29,023 bases of DNA, taken from Sedimentisphaerales bacterium (GTDB lineage Bacteria > Planctomycetota > Phycisphaerae > Sedimentisphaerales > Anaerobacaceae). The position numbers and the translations under genes were made by a program. The DNA lies in assembly GCA_016934255.1 (NCBI GenBank), contig JAFGTG010000098.1, positions 1 through 29,023 of the forward strand. Direction: 5' to 3'. The number at the start of each line of letters is the position of its first letter. Position 1 is the first letter of the stretch. Below the pieces are notes generated by a model. It was not told where the DNA came from. It did not search any database and saw only the letters and a list, made by a program, of their open reading frames with translations. Below, one piece after another: positions 17,160 through 25,108 of this stretch.

Positions 17160-18659
17160 ATGCAGAACGGCGTTGCAGCTTGCGATACATTGTCATTGCG
17201 AGCGGTTCGAAGAATCACGCGGCAATCTCAAACGTCACGCCGTTTTTTCTCTAAACGTTCCTTAATCACTTTGGGTATAACAGTCATAGCCGTCATGACA
17301 TTGACGGGGTGCAGTCATTTCGATGGGCCAAAAGTCCGGCAGAGACATGCTGAAAACTATCCGAAGGTTCTGGATCAACGGGCTGAAGAATCCATTGCGG
17401 GCAAAGAGTCGTTAACGCTTCAGGATTGTATTATCATCGCCTTACGAAACAATCTGGATATCCGTGTGGCCCAAGTGCAGCAACGGGTGGCAAAACTCAA
17501 TCGGAAGGTCTCTTTTTCGCAGTTCCTCCCCCAGGTCAATCTCACATACGACTATACCCGGTGGGATCCTCAACCCGAGCAGGTCACCGGCGCTGCGTCA
17601 CAACCGATCCACGATGAACGGATTCGCGAGCTGACCCTGGATATCCAAATGTCGGTCTTCAATCCATCGACCTGGTTCATGTACGCCTTGCACAAACGCG
17701 GCGAGGAAATCGCCGAGATTGCCGCTGACTATACGCGGCAGATGATTGTGCTTCAAGTCACCACCTATTATTACTATTGTCTGGGCCTACAGGAAATCGA
17801 GAAGGTCCTGGACAGTCGCATCCGAGCGGCCGAAAAGCTGGCCGAACAGATAGAACATTATCAAACCGAAGGCCTCGTCTTTGCCTGGCAGAGCGATCAA
17901 GCACGCGCCAACCTCCAATCTCAAAAACTGCAAAAACGACGCGTGCGCCAACTCCTGGAGCAGACTAAGGGGCAGTTACTTACCGTCATGGGACTTTCAC
18001 CACTGTACTCACTTGAACTTGACGTTTGCGGAACCATGACCGTACCGCAGGGAAACCTGGAACATTTCATTACCGAAGCCCTTTTAAGTCATCCGCAACT
18101 TCGTATCGCCGATCGCGAGATTGAGATCGAAAAGGAGAAGGTCAAGATCGCTCTGTCCGGTTTTTTACCGTCCCTGACGGGTTTTGCCAACCGCGTCAAT
18201 ACGACCGATTCCTTTCAGTTATATTCCAGTTATTGGATGATGGGTCTGTCGGGCGTGATGACCCTATTCAACGGTTTCGCCAATATCCACGAATACGACG
18301 CGGCCAAGGAAAACGTCAAAAAATCAGCTCTGGAACGGGAACAAGCCACATTGGCCCTGATGCTCGAAGTCTTCCAGGCGTACCAAAACCTTCAGTTGGC
18401 CCAGGACGCTGTTACGATCGCCGAACTAAATTACCAGGCCGCCCGCGATCACTACGATCAAATGCATCAGCAATGGCGGGAAGGTCTGGTCGATGTGACC
18501 GATTTAATGTCGGTTCTTGCCGAGAAGGACCTCGCAGAGATGATACGAATCAACTCTCAATTCCAGGTTCAGGTGGCTGTCGCAACACTTGTGAACGCAA
18601 TGGGCCAAACCCAAATTGACTACGAGGAGTTAACGAATGACGGTCAGTCCGAAACATGA
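17160..18659 (+). CDS. TolC/NodT-family outer-membrane efflux lipoprotein
   Basis: Lipobox LTGC|S after the hydrophobic stretch SLITLGITVIAVM. Two TolC-like repeat halves with the characteristic L-x-L-x-D/E-x-I-x-x-A-L-x-N-N motifs (LTLQDCIIIALRNNLDIRVA; HFITEALLSHPQLRIADREIEI). The track ORF starts at 16944 and overlaps the TetR stop. The true start is uncertain: ATG at 17160 (MQNG..) gives a long signal peptide, and a TTG or GTG start further in is possible. Confidence 0.7.
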   Translation: MQNGVAACDTLSLRAVRRITRQSQTSRRFFSKRSLITLGITVIAVMTLTGCSHFDGPKVRQRHAENYPKVLDQRAEESIAGKESLTLQDCIIIALRNNLDIRVAQVQQRVAKLNRKVSFSQFLPQVNLTYDYTRWDPQPEQVTGAASQPIHDERIRELTLDIQMSVFNPSTWFMYALHKRGEEIAEIAADYTRQMIVLQVTTYYYYCLGLQEIEKVLDSRIRAAEKLAEQIEHYQTEGLVFAWQSDQARANLQSQKLQKRRVRQLLEQTKGQLLTVMGLSPLYSLELDVCGTMTVPQGNLEHFITEALLSHPQLRIADREIEIEKEKVKIALSGFLPSLTGFANRVNTTDSFQLYSSYWMMGLSGVMTLFNGFANIHEYDAAKENVKKSALEREQATLALMLEVFQAYQNLQLAQDAVTIAELNYQAARDHYDQMHQQWREGLVDVTDLMSVLAEKDLAEMIRINSQFQVQVAVATLVNAMGQTQIDYEELTNDGQSET

Positions 18660-19881
18660 TGTTCAAACGAAAAAGATGAAATTGATCGGCCGAATCATCA
18701 TTATAGTGGCCTTGATTCCTCTGATCGTCGGAGGAGGGTATCGCCTCAACAAGAAGCTTCACGGTCAGGAAGCCCCCCGCGAAGATCATAATCCATCGAC
18801 TGACGAAAAGGCGGTTCCGGTCGTGACGACAACGCCCCGAACGCTTGATTTCGAGCGAACCCTTGTCGTCCAGGGCAACGTCGAGGCGAAGAACTTCGCG
18901 ATGGTTTCCCCGCGAATCCCCGGCACGGTGGTTTCCATTTTTGTAGAAGAAGGTCAGGACGTAACGGCTGGCGAGACTCAACTGTTCGAGACTGACGCGG
19001 CCAATTTGAAAGAGAACGTGGAAATCGGGCGTCACAATCTGACGGTCGCTCAATGTGCTAAGCAACAAGCCATCGCCAATATCGAAAAGACACGGGCCGA
19101 CCTCCACAAGGCGAAACTCGATTACGAACGTTTTCAGCGATTGGTCGAAAAAGAGGCCGTGACCTTGGATGCGTTCGAGCAACAGGAATCCCGCTATTTG
19201 CAGTTGCAGGCGGCCGAGAAGCTCGGTCAGGCCCAGGTGAATCTGGCTGCGGCACAGGAGGATCAGGCCAAAGCGAACCTGACGATTGCTCAAAAGAATC
19301 TGGCCGATGCGACGATCGTCGCGCCGATCAGCGGAAAGATCAGTGCCCGGTTGCTGGAACCGGGGGAAATGGGCAATCCCGGCGTGCCGGTCCTTCGCAT
19401 CGACGATACGACCGTTGTCGAAGCGGCCGCTTTTCTTCCGGCACAATATTATCCCGACATCGTTGCCGGACAGACCCAGTTGATAATCCGGGTTGCCGGT
19501 ATCGATGTCGGTCGGCGCGCCGTCAGCTATAAAAGCCCGACGATCCATCCGAAATTACGAACGTTCGAGATCAAATGCCTGTTGACCAATCCGCCCGAGG
19601 GCGTGGCGCCGGGCGCAATGGCGCACCTCCGTGTTATTCTGGAAAGCCGTCAAGGATTGGGCGTCCCGTCGAAGGCGATTCAGCAACGCGCCGGCCACAA
19701 TGTCATATTCGTTATCAAAGACTACGTCTCGCACCAGGTTATCGTCCAGACGGGCATCGAGATGGATGGTTGGACTGAGATTCGTGAAGGCGATGTCACG
19801 GAAGAGTCCGCGGTTGTGACTATGGGGCAGTACATGATCGAAGAAGGAACGCACGTCGCCGTCCAGAAGGAGGACACGTAA
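18637..19881 (+). CDS. Efflux RND transporter periplasmic adaptor subunit (membrane fusion protein)
   Basis: N-terminal anchor LIGRIIIIVALIPLIVGGG, coiled-coil hairpin (..IEKTRADLHKAKLDYERFQRLVEKEAV..AAQEDQAKANLTIAQKNLADATI) and beta-barrel motif VAPISGKISARLLEPGEM. GAGGAG RBS. Overlaps the TolC stop by 23 bp. Confidence 0.85.
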   Translation: MTVSPKHDVQTKKMKLIGRIIIIVALIPLIVGGGYRLNKKLHGQEAPREDHNPSTDEKAVPVVTTTPRTLDFERTLVVQGNVEAKNFAMVSPRIPGTVVSIFVEEGQDVTAGETQLFETDAANLKENVEIGRHNLTVAQCAKQQAIANIEKTRADLHKAKLDYERFQRLVEKEAVTLDAFEQQESRYLQLQAAEKLGQAQVNLAAAQEDQAKANLTIAQKNLADATIVAPISGKISARLLEPGEMGNPGVPVLRIDDTTVVEAAAFLPAQYYPDIVAGQTQLIIRVAGIDVGRRAVSYKSPTIHPKLRTFEIKCLLTNPPEGVAPGAMAHLRVILESRQGLGVPSKAIQQRAGHNVIFVIKDYVSHQVIVQTGIEMDGWTEIREGDVTEESAVVTMGQYMIEEGTHVAVQKEDT

Positions 19882-22800
19882 TGTTTTTATCCGACGCCTC
19901 CGTCAAACGGCCCATCGCCATGAGCTGTCTGATCATCGGCCTGACCCTGCTTGGTCTCAACGCGTACCGAAAAATGGGTCTTGAGCTGATGCCGAAGATG
20001 GATGTTCCGTATATTACCGTGACAACGATCTATCCCGGCGCGACGCCGGAGCAAATTGAGACGGACGTCGCCAAGCGAATCGAAGACCAGGTCGTCACGA
20101 TTGACGGGCTCAAACACGTCAGTTCCGCCTGTATGGAAAATGTCTGCCAGACGCTTTTGGAATTCGAACTGGGCGTGGACGTGGATATCGCCGCTACGGA
20201 TGTTCGAGAGAAGCTCGACCTGATCAAAGCGGATTTCCCTGAAGACGTGGAAGACCCGAAAATTCTCAAATTCGATATCAACGCCAAAGCGGTTCTCAAT
20301 CTCGCCTTGACGGGTGACGTTCCATTGGACGAGCTGTATGACTTTGCAGACAATACGCTGCGAGACCGCATCACGGTTTTATCCGGAGTCGCCGACGTTG
20401 AACTGATCGGGGGAGCGGAGCGTGAAGTTCACATTGTGCTTGACCGCGAGAAGCTCGCCGCGAAGGGACTGTCAAGCTCGAACGTCGTCCAGGTCGTTCA
20501 AAGTTCCGTGCGGACCATCCCCTCGGGCCGTATCCAGGAATCGGGACGGGAGTATTCCGTCAAATTCGATGCGGAATGCAAAGAGGTGGCGGATATCGGC
20601 GGACTTGAAGTGGCCAACGAAAACGGCCAGCGCTGTTACATACGGGACATCGGTCGGGTCGTCATGGCCACGGAAGAACTGCGACAGAAGGCTAACATCG
20701 ACGGTCAACCCTGCATCTATATCAAAGTTAAAAAGAAGGCCGAAGCCAACGCCGTGCGTGTGGTCAATCGTGTCAAGTCTGCGATGGATAAGCTGCAGCA
20801 GGAGCTTCCGGGCGGGATGGAGCTGGTGTGGGTCAATGACGACGGTCGCTTTATCGAAGCCACCGTTCAAAGTGCATGGATCAATGTTGTACAGGGAATT
20901 ATCCTGACGGCGCTCATTTTGTTCTTCTTTCTGTACAATATCCGCTCGACCCTGGTTATCGCTATAACGATGCCGTTGACCATTGTCGTTGGCCTGTTTT
21001 TTATGCAGATGGCCGGCTTTACGTTGAACACGTCAACCTTAATCGCCATTGGTATGTCTGTTGGAATTCTTGTAACGAATTCCATCGTGGTCCTGGAGGC
21101 GATCGTTAAGAGACTTGACAAGACGGGAAACGCTCGAGAAGCGTCACGCCTGGGAACGCATGAGGCGTTTATCGCCGTACTGGCTAGTGCCGGGACAAAC
21201 ATCGTAGTATTGTTTCCGGTGGCCATGATGGGCAGTATCATTGGCTTGTTTATGAAACCGTTGGCCCTGAGCATGTTGATTATGACGGCGGTCTCGCTGT
21301 TTATCTCCTTTACGTTAACGCCGATTCTCTGTTCGCTTTTACTCAGACCCAGGAAGCCCGACGAGCAAAAAAGCCTTATCGGCAAGATGGACGTTCGATT
21401 TAATCGTCTGCTGGGTTCCGTCATCAATGGATACCGCGGCCTTTTATCTTTCAATGAAAAGCATCGGACGGCCGCCCTGGCGGTTTTAGGATTCATTATC
21501 CTTTTGTTTGTCCATTCGTTGTCGCTGGTTAAGAAAGTAGGGTTCGGATTTTTCTCGAATCCCGACCAGGGACAATTGTTCGTGAAGCTGGAATACCCGA
21601 CCTGGTATGATTTGGATAGGACGGAAGAGCGTTTGAAAGCGATCGAAAAAAAACTGGCCGACCTGACGGAGCTTAAACATACCCTTAGCTCCATCGGGAA
21701 GGTCGAAGGAATCATAGGACAATCCACCGAAGGTGTGTATCTGGCTCAGATCTTATTGGTGTTTAGTGACCGCGACCAGAGAACATTGTCGATTTATGAT
21801 TTACAGAACGAAGTGCGTTCCCGACTCGAGGGGTATCCGGAGTGCATCGTCACGGTAACCCAACCGACTGTCATTGGCGGACAGGCTCAGGATATCGAGT
21901 TGGAAATTTCAGGGGATGACATTTCAACGCTGGAAGCTCTGGCGCTGCAAACGCAAAACTTGGCTGAAAACATACCAGGTTATCAAGACGTTGACACAAC
22001 CGTAAGGGCCGGTAAACCCGAACTGGCGATTTTACCCCAACGTGCGGTTCTTTCTGATTTGGGTATCCCGGCGGTCGGCTTGGGAATGTCCCTTCGCGGC
22101 AACCTCGAAGGATTGGAAGCGGGCACGTTCAAAAAGGGGGATCGGAATTACGATATTGTCGTCGAATTTGCCGATCAACAGGGAAAACAACAAATCGAAC
22201 AGTTTATGTTTCCCGGACCGCCCGGCAAGCCGTTGCTTCTGTCCAGTTTTGCTGAGATAGAAGAACGGACGGCCCCGATCCAGATCACACGCAAAGATAA
22301 GATGAGAGCCTCGAAAGTGCTTGCTAATTTATCGGCCTCTTTACCGTTGGGCAATGCCGTCAACCTGCTCGGCGAAGCAATCGATACGAAAGGACAATAT
22401 CCGCCCGGCTATGAGTACAATTTTGCCGGACAATATGAGAGATTGGACGAAGCCAAATCCGCATTCAGCGAAGCCGGTCTGATTGCGGTTATCCTTGTCA
22501 TCCTGACACTGGCGGCCATCCTCGAATCGTTCAAGCAGCCCTGGCTCATTCTCGTCACGTTGCCGTTAGCTTTGATTGGCGTCCTGTGGGCGCTGGCCGT
22601 CACCGGTGAGAGTCTTTCGATTTTCGTCCTGATGGGCATCGTTATGATGATCGGGATCGTGGTCAATAACGCCATTTTGATTATGGACCAGTTTAACGTT
22701 CACGTCACGGAAGGCATTCCCATTCACAAGGCGATGATAACCGCTTCCTGCGAGCGTTTTAGACCTATTGCGATGATCACGTTAGCCGCCGTATTAGGAA

Positions 22801-22952
22801 TGTTGCCCCTGGCCGTGGGTCGGGGCATCGGCGCGGAGATGCGCAACGGGGTCGGGATCGCCTCGGTGGGCGGCATCCTGATCTCCGGCATTCTGACGCT
22901 GATTGTCATGCCCATTTTGTACGACCTGTTTACACGACGATCTAAGAAATAA
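19881..22952 (+). CDS. Efflux RND transporter permease subunit (AcrB/HAE1-like, 12 transmembrane segments)
   Basis: 1023 aa. N-terminal RPIAMSCLIIGLTLLGL, two large periplasmic loops and two 6-transmembrane bundles (..GIILTALILFFFLYNIRSTLVIAITMPLTIVVGLFFM..; ..AGLIAVILVILTLAAILESFKQPWLILVTLPLALIGVLWALAVTG..). AAGGAGGA RBS. Start codon overlaps the adaptor stop. Confidence 0.9.
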   Translation: MFLSDASVKRPIAMSCLIIGLTLLGLNAYRKMGLELMPKMDVPYITVTTIYPGATPEQIETDVAKRIEDQVVTIDGLKHVSSACMENVCQTLLEFELGVDVDIAATDVREKLDLIKADFPEDVEDPKILKFDINAKAVLNLALTGDVPLDELYDFADNTLRDRITVLSGVADVELIGGAEREVHIVLDREKLAAKGLSSSNVVQVVQSSVRTIPSGRIQESGREYSVKFDAECKEVADIGGLEVANENGQRCYIRDIGRVVMATEELRQKANIDGQPCIYIKVKKKAEANAVRVVNRVKSAMDKLQQELPGGMELVWVNDDGRFIEATVQSAWINVVQGIILTALILFFFLYNIRSTLVIAITMPLTIVVGLFFMQMAGFTLNTSTLIAIGMSVGILVTNSIVVLEAIVKRLDKTGNAREASRLGTHEAFIAVLASAGTNIVVLFPVAMMGSIIGLFMKPLALSMLIMTAVSLFISFTLTPILCSLLLRPRKPDEQKSLIGKMDVRFNRLLGSVINGYRGLLSFNEKHRTAALAVLGFIILLFVHSLSLVKKVGFGFFSNPDQGQLFVKLEYPTWYDLDRTEERLKAIEKKLADLTELKHTLSSIGKVEGIIGQSTEGVYLAQILLVFSDRDQRTLSIYDLQNEVRSRLEGYPECIVTVTQPTVIGGQAQDIELEISGDDISTLEALALQTQNLAENIPGYQDVDTTVRAGKPELAILPQRAVLSDLGIPAVGLGMSLRGNLEGLEAGTFKKGDRNYDIVVEFADQQGKQQIEQFMFPGPPGKPLLLSSFAEIEERTAPIQITRKDKMRASKVLANLSASLPLGNAVNLLGEAIDTKGQYPPGYEYNFAGQYERLDEAKSAFSEAGLIAVILVILTLAAILESFKQPWLILVTLPLALIGVLWALAVTGESLSIFVLMGIVMMIGIVVNNAILIMDQFNVHVTEGIPIHKAMITASCERFRPIAMITLAAVLGMLPLAVGRGIGAEMRNGVGIASVGGILISGILTLIVMPILYDLFTRRSKK

Positions 22953-23031
22953 GTGAAATATGCGTGTTCTCTTGGGACCTCGTTATTCCTCGCGAAGAGG
23001 AGGGATACGGATTCCTCGGATAAAACGCACA

Positions 23032-23271
23032 TTCCGAGTTAACATCTGGACTTTTGCAAAATCGGAGTTCGGCATATATTATTTCAGAAAATCGGTTTTT
23101 TGATTTTCTGAAAATAATGAAGTCTGATACTATAACCTATTATCCTATGTGGTGTTATGCATCATGTTTTGAGAAAGAAAAAATCAAGAAAGAAGATTTT
23201 TCCTTTCCAAAAGTATGCCTGACGTCGATTTTGCAAAAGTCCAGTTAACATCGTAGATTTCAGTTCCGAGT
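23032..23271. repeat. MITE-like AT-rich element: 19-bp perfect terminal inverted repeats (CTGGACTTTTGCAAAATCG at 23046-23064, reverse complement at 23226-23244) flanked by 8-bp direct repeats TTCCGAGT (23032-23039 and 23264-23271)
   Basis: Read directly from the sequence. Both arms also carry TTAACAT. The interior is ~35% GC and holds a perfect 12-bp hairpin. Located between the RND stop and the crotonase-like gene. Confidence 0.5.
23082..23113. repeat. Perfect 12-bp inverted repeat TTTCAGAAAATC-ggtttttt-GATTTTCTGAAA (hairpin or operator) inside the MITE-like element
   Basis: Seen directly: 12/12 complementary arms separated by an 8-nt GG+T6 spacer. Confidence 0.6.
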
Positions 23272-23320
23272 AGAACAGTGTTGAGGTACGTTATTCATCT
23301 ATTGCAAAAGGAGTAGAAAA

Positions 23321-24088
23321 ATGACGACCCGGGATCTTGACCAGGATAATGAGTTGTTTGAAGGAAAACAATATGAAGATATCGTCTTTATCTCTTTCAA
23401 AGAAATCTCCCTGTTGTGGCTGAGCAACCTCAAAAGCAAAGAAAAATTCCTTTCCTATTTTCACCAGATCGAACGGGTTCCATCCCTTAAAACCGTGATT
23501 CTCTATGAAGCCCATAGTCCCCAGGGGCACGAGGATTATTTTGAATTCTATAATATGTTCACAAAATCCAGGATTGATTCCGATGAAATACTGCGGATGT
23601 GCAATGCCCTCGACCAAATTATGTTGGGTATTATTGAATCAACGAAGTTCTTCATTTTGGCCCAGAGCGGACGAATCATACTGCCTTTTTTTACTTCAGG
23701 TTTTGCCTGTGATTACCGAATCGTCGGAGATAACTTCATCGTTCAGAATCCAATGCCCAAAATCGGTTTGTTTCCAAAGGGCGCCGGCGCCTTTTTTCTT
23801 ACCCGAATTGTCGGATCGGCAAAAGCGGAAGAAATCCTCTTGTCCGATAATAACATGGATGCTTGTCAACTATCTCAATTGAAACTGGTGGACAAAATCG
23901 TGCCGTTTGACCAACTAAGGTACGCTGCTTTGGAAACGGCCAGGACCTTGAGCGGCAAATCCGGCTCATCATTGACCGGTGTGAAGAGGCTCGTCAATTA
24001 CTCGCTTCGAGATCTCAAGAGTTATCTTGAATTCGAAAACGAACAACTCCTTCAAATGCTCAATACGCTCAAAAAGGAGCACGAATAA
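23321..24088 (+). CDS. Crotonase-fold (enoyl-CoA hydratase/isomerase superfamily) protein lacking the canonical catalytic glutamates
   Basis: ..ILAQSGRIILPFFTSGFACDYRIVGDNFIVQNPMPKIGLFPKGAGAFFLTRIVGSAKAEEILLSDNNMDACQLSQLKLVDKIVP.. follows the ECH pattern (ALACDxRIA..F..PE.xLGL.PGAGGT.RL.R.VG...A.ELLLTG..). PMPKIG replaces PExxLG and KGAGAF replaces PGAGGT. AAAGGAG RBS. Lower local GC. Confidence 0.65.
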   Translation: MTTRDLDQDNELFEGKQYEDIVFISFKEISLLWLSNLKSKEKFLSYFHQIERVPSLKTVILYEAHSPQGHEDYFEFYNMFTKSRIDSDEILRMCNALDQIMLGIIESTKFFILAQSGRIILPFFTSGFACDYRIVGDNFIVQNPMPKIGLFPKGAGAFFLTRIVGSAKAEEILLSDNNMDACQLSQLKLVDKIVPFDQLRYAALETARTLSGKSGSSLTGVKRLVNYSLRDLKSYLEFENEQLLQMLNTLKKEHE

Positions 24089-24235
24089 AGAGGTATTCCG
24101 GTGTTCTAACCATCATTCGTGCCGGGGCCGATCGTTTCGGACGCAATCTATTATTCTACCGTTTGGATATTTGAAATATCTCCATGCTTTTGAGCATACT
24201 TGCTCATCCATTTGTGAAATCTTCACGATACAAGC

Positions 24236-24267
24236 CGTTTTTTCACGGGAAAAACGTTCTTTTTTTC
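24236..24267 (+). terminator. Candidate intrinsic terminator or attenuator hairpin: CGTTTTT-tcacggg-AAAAACG followed by TTCTTTTTTTC
   Basis: 7-bp stem (A/T-rich, weak) followed by a 9/11 T-tract, ~150 nt downstream of the crotonase-like gene stop and ~170 nt upstream of the next ORF. Confidence 0.35.
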
Positions 24268-24297
24268 CTCGGAGTGACATAGGGTTGTCACTCTGAG
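24268..24297. promoter_or_regulatory. Palindrome CTCGGAGTGACA-tagggt-TGTCACTCTGAG (12-bp arms with one mismatch; 8-bp perfect core GAGTGACA/TGTCACTC): candidate operator or RNA hairpin
   Basis: Seen directly. Lies immediately after the T-tract of the preceding hairpin and ~140 bp upstream of ORF 24433. Confidence 0.35.
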
Positions 24298-24432
24298 AGA
24301 AAAAAGTATTGTAACTCCTTTCGAACGTGTTACGTTTTAGTCGATACAAATATGGATATGGAGCATCGTTGCTGGAATTTAGAGACAATCAGCACAATCT
24401 GGACTCGTGAATGATTTTCTCGGTGGTTTTGA

Positions 24433-24984
24433 TTGGACAAGGCGGCACAACAAATGATAGATGCAGAATTGATCGACCGCGTCGAGAACGCTCATGTTCG
24501 GGAGTTTCTTCATGAGTATCTGGATGAATATGTATCTGATGTTCTGGTCTTTTCGGAACAGATTCTTGCTCATGTTCCTTCAGAAAGTAAATCCTTCGTA
24601 AAAAGCGCAGGTTTAGCGTTTTACAGCACGGCGATTATCAGTTTCGTGCCGGACCTTCCCTGGCAAACGATTAAAACGGAGATCGCAAATGCGGTCTCTG
24701 AGGTGTTTCAAACGAATATGAACGATCAGGGCCGTCATGAAAAGGAAGCCTCAGATCCGCTCGACCAAGATCACACGGAGGTGGGATTTATCCAACGAGC
24801 GATCGTGACGGCCTTTGCTTCTGTCTGCAAAGCGGCCGAAGATGCGATGGGGGCCATTCTCATCGGAGACCTCGCCCAGCTTTTAGGTAAATACATTGCT
24901 TTATTCATCGCGTGGAAGATCGATGAAGCGGTCGAGTTCAAGTCTTATCCCATTGTTCTGGTTCCACCCCCACATTCCGACTAA
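24433..24984 (+). CDS. Hypothetical protein (no recognisable domain)
   Basis: 183-aa ORF with an acidic N-terminus and a hydrophobic C-terminal third (ILIGDLAQLLGKYIALFIAWKI). The start is ambiguous: TTG at 24433 or ATG at 24454. Preceded by a structured ~340-bp intergenic region. Confidence 0.4.
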   Translation: MDKAAQQMIDAELIDRVENAHVREFLHEYLDEYVSDVLVFSEQILAHVPSESKSFVKSAGLAFYSTAIISFVPDLPWQTIKTEIANAVSEVFQTNMNDQGRHEKEASDPLDQDHTEVGFIQRAIVTAFASVCKAAEDAMGAILIGDLAQLLGKYIALFIAWKIDEAVEFKSYPIVLVPPPHSD

Positions 24985-25108
24985 ACGCCATTCACGGATT
25001 AGAAGGTAATTGGCTTGACTTTCTCAATCCAACAGCGGACAATTTCCATCGTTGTCCAAGATATACACCTAAAAACCATATGCCAAACCAGCCATTAGGG
25101 GACTCATT

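Noticed and set aside
18550-19548. 332-aa minus-strand ORF; also 20867..21727 minus (286 aa)
   Set aside because: They are antisense to the adaptor and RND permease genes. Long antisense ORFs are expected in stop-poor sequence.
23054-23248. 64-aa ORF inside the MITE-like element
   Set aside because: It spans the AT-rich interior of an inverted-repeat element and is filled with palindromic sequence. It has no RBS and is more plausibly non-coding.
24113-24388. 91-aa minus-strand ORF in the structured intergenic region
   Set aside because: It is K/R/S-rich low complexity, overlaps three hairpins and has no RBS. The region reads better as a regulatory RNA or DNA segment.
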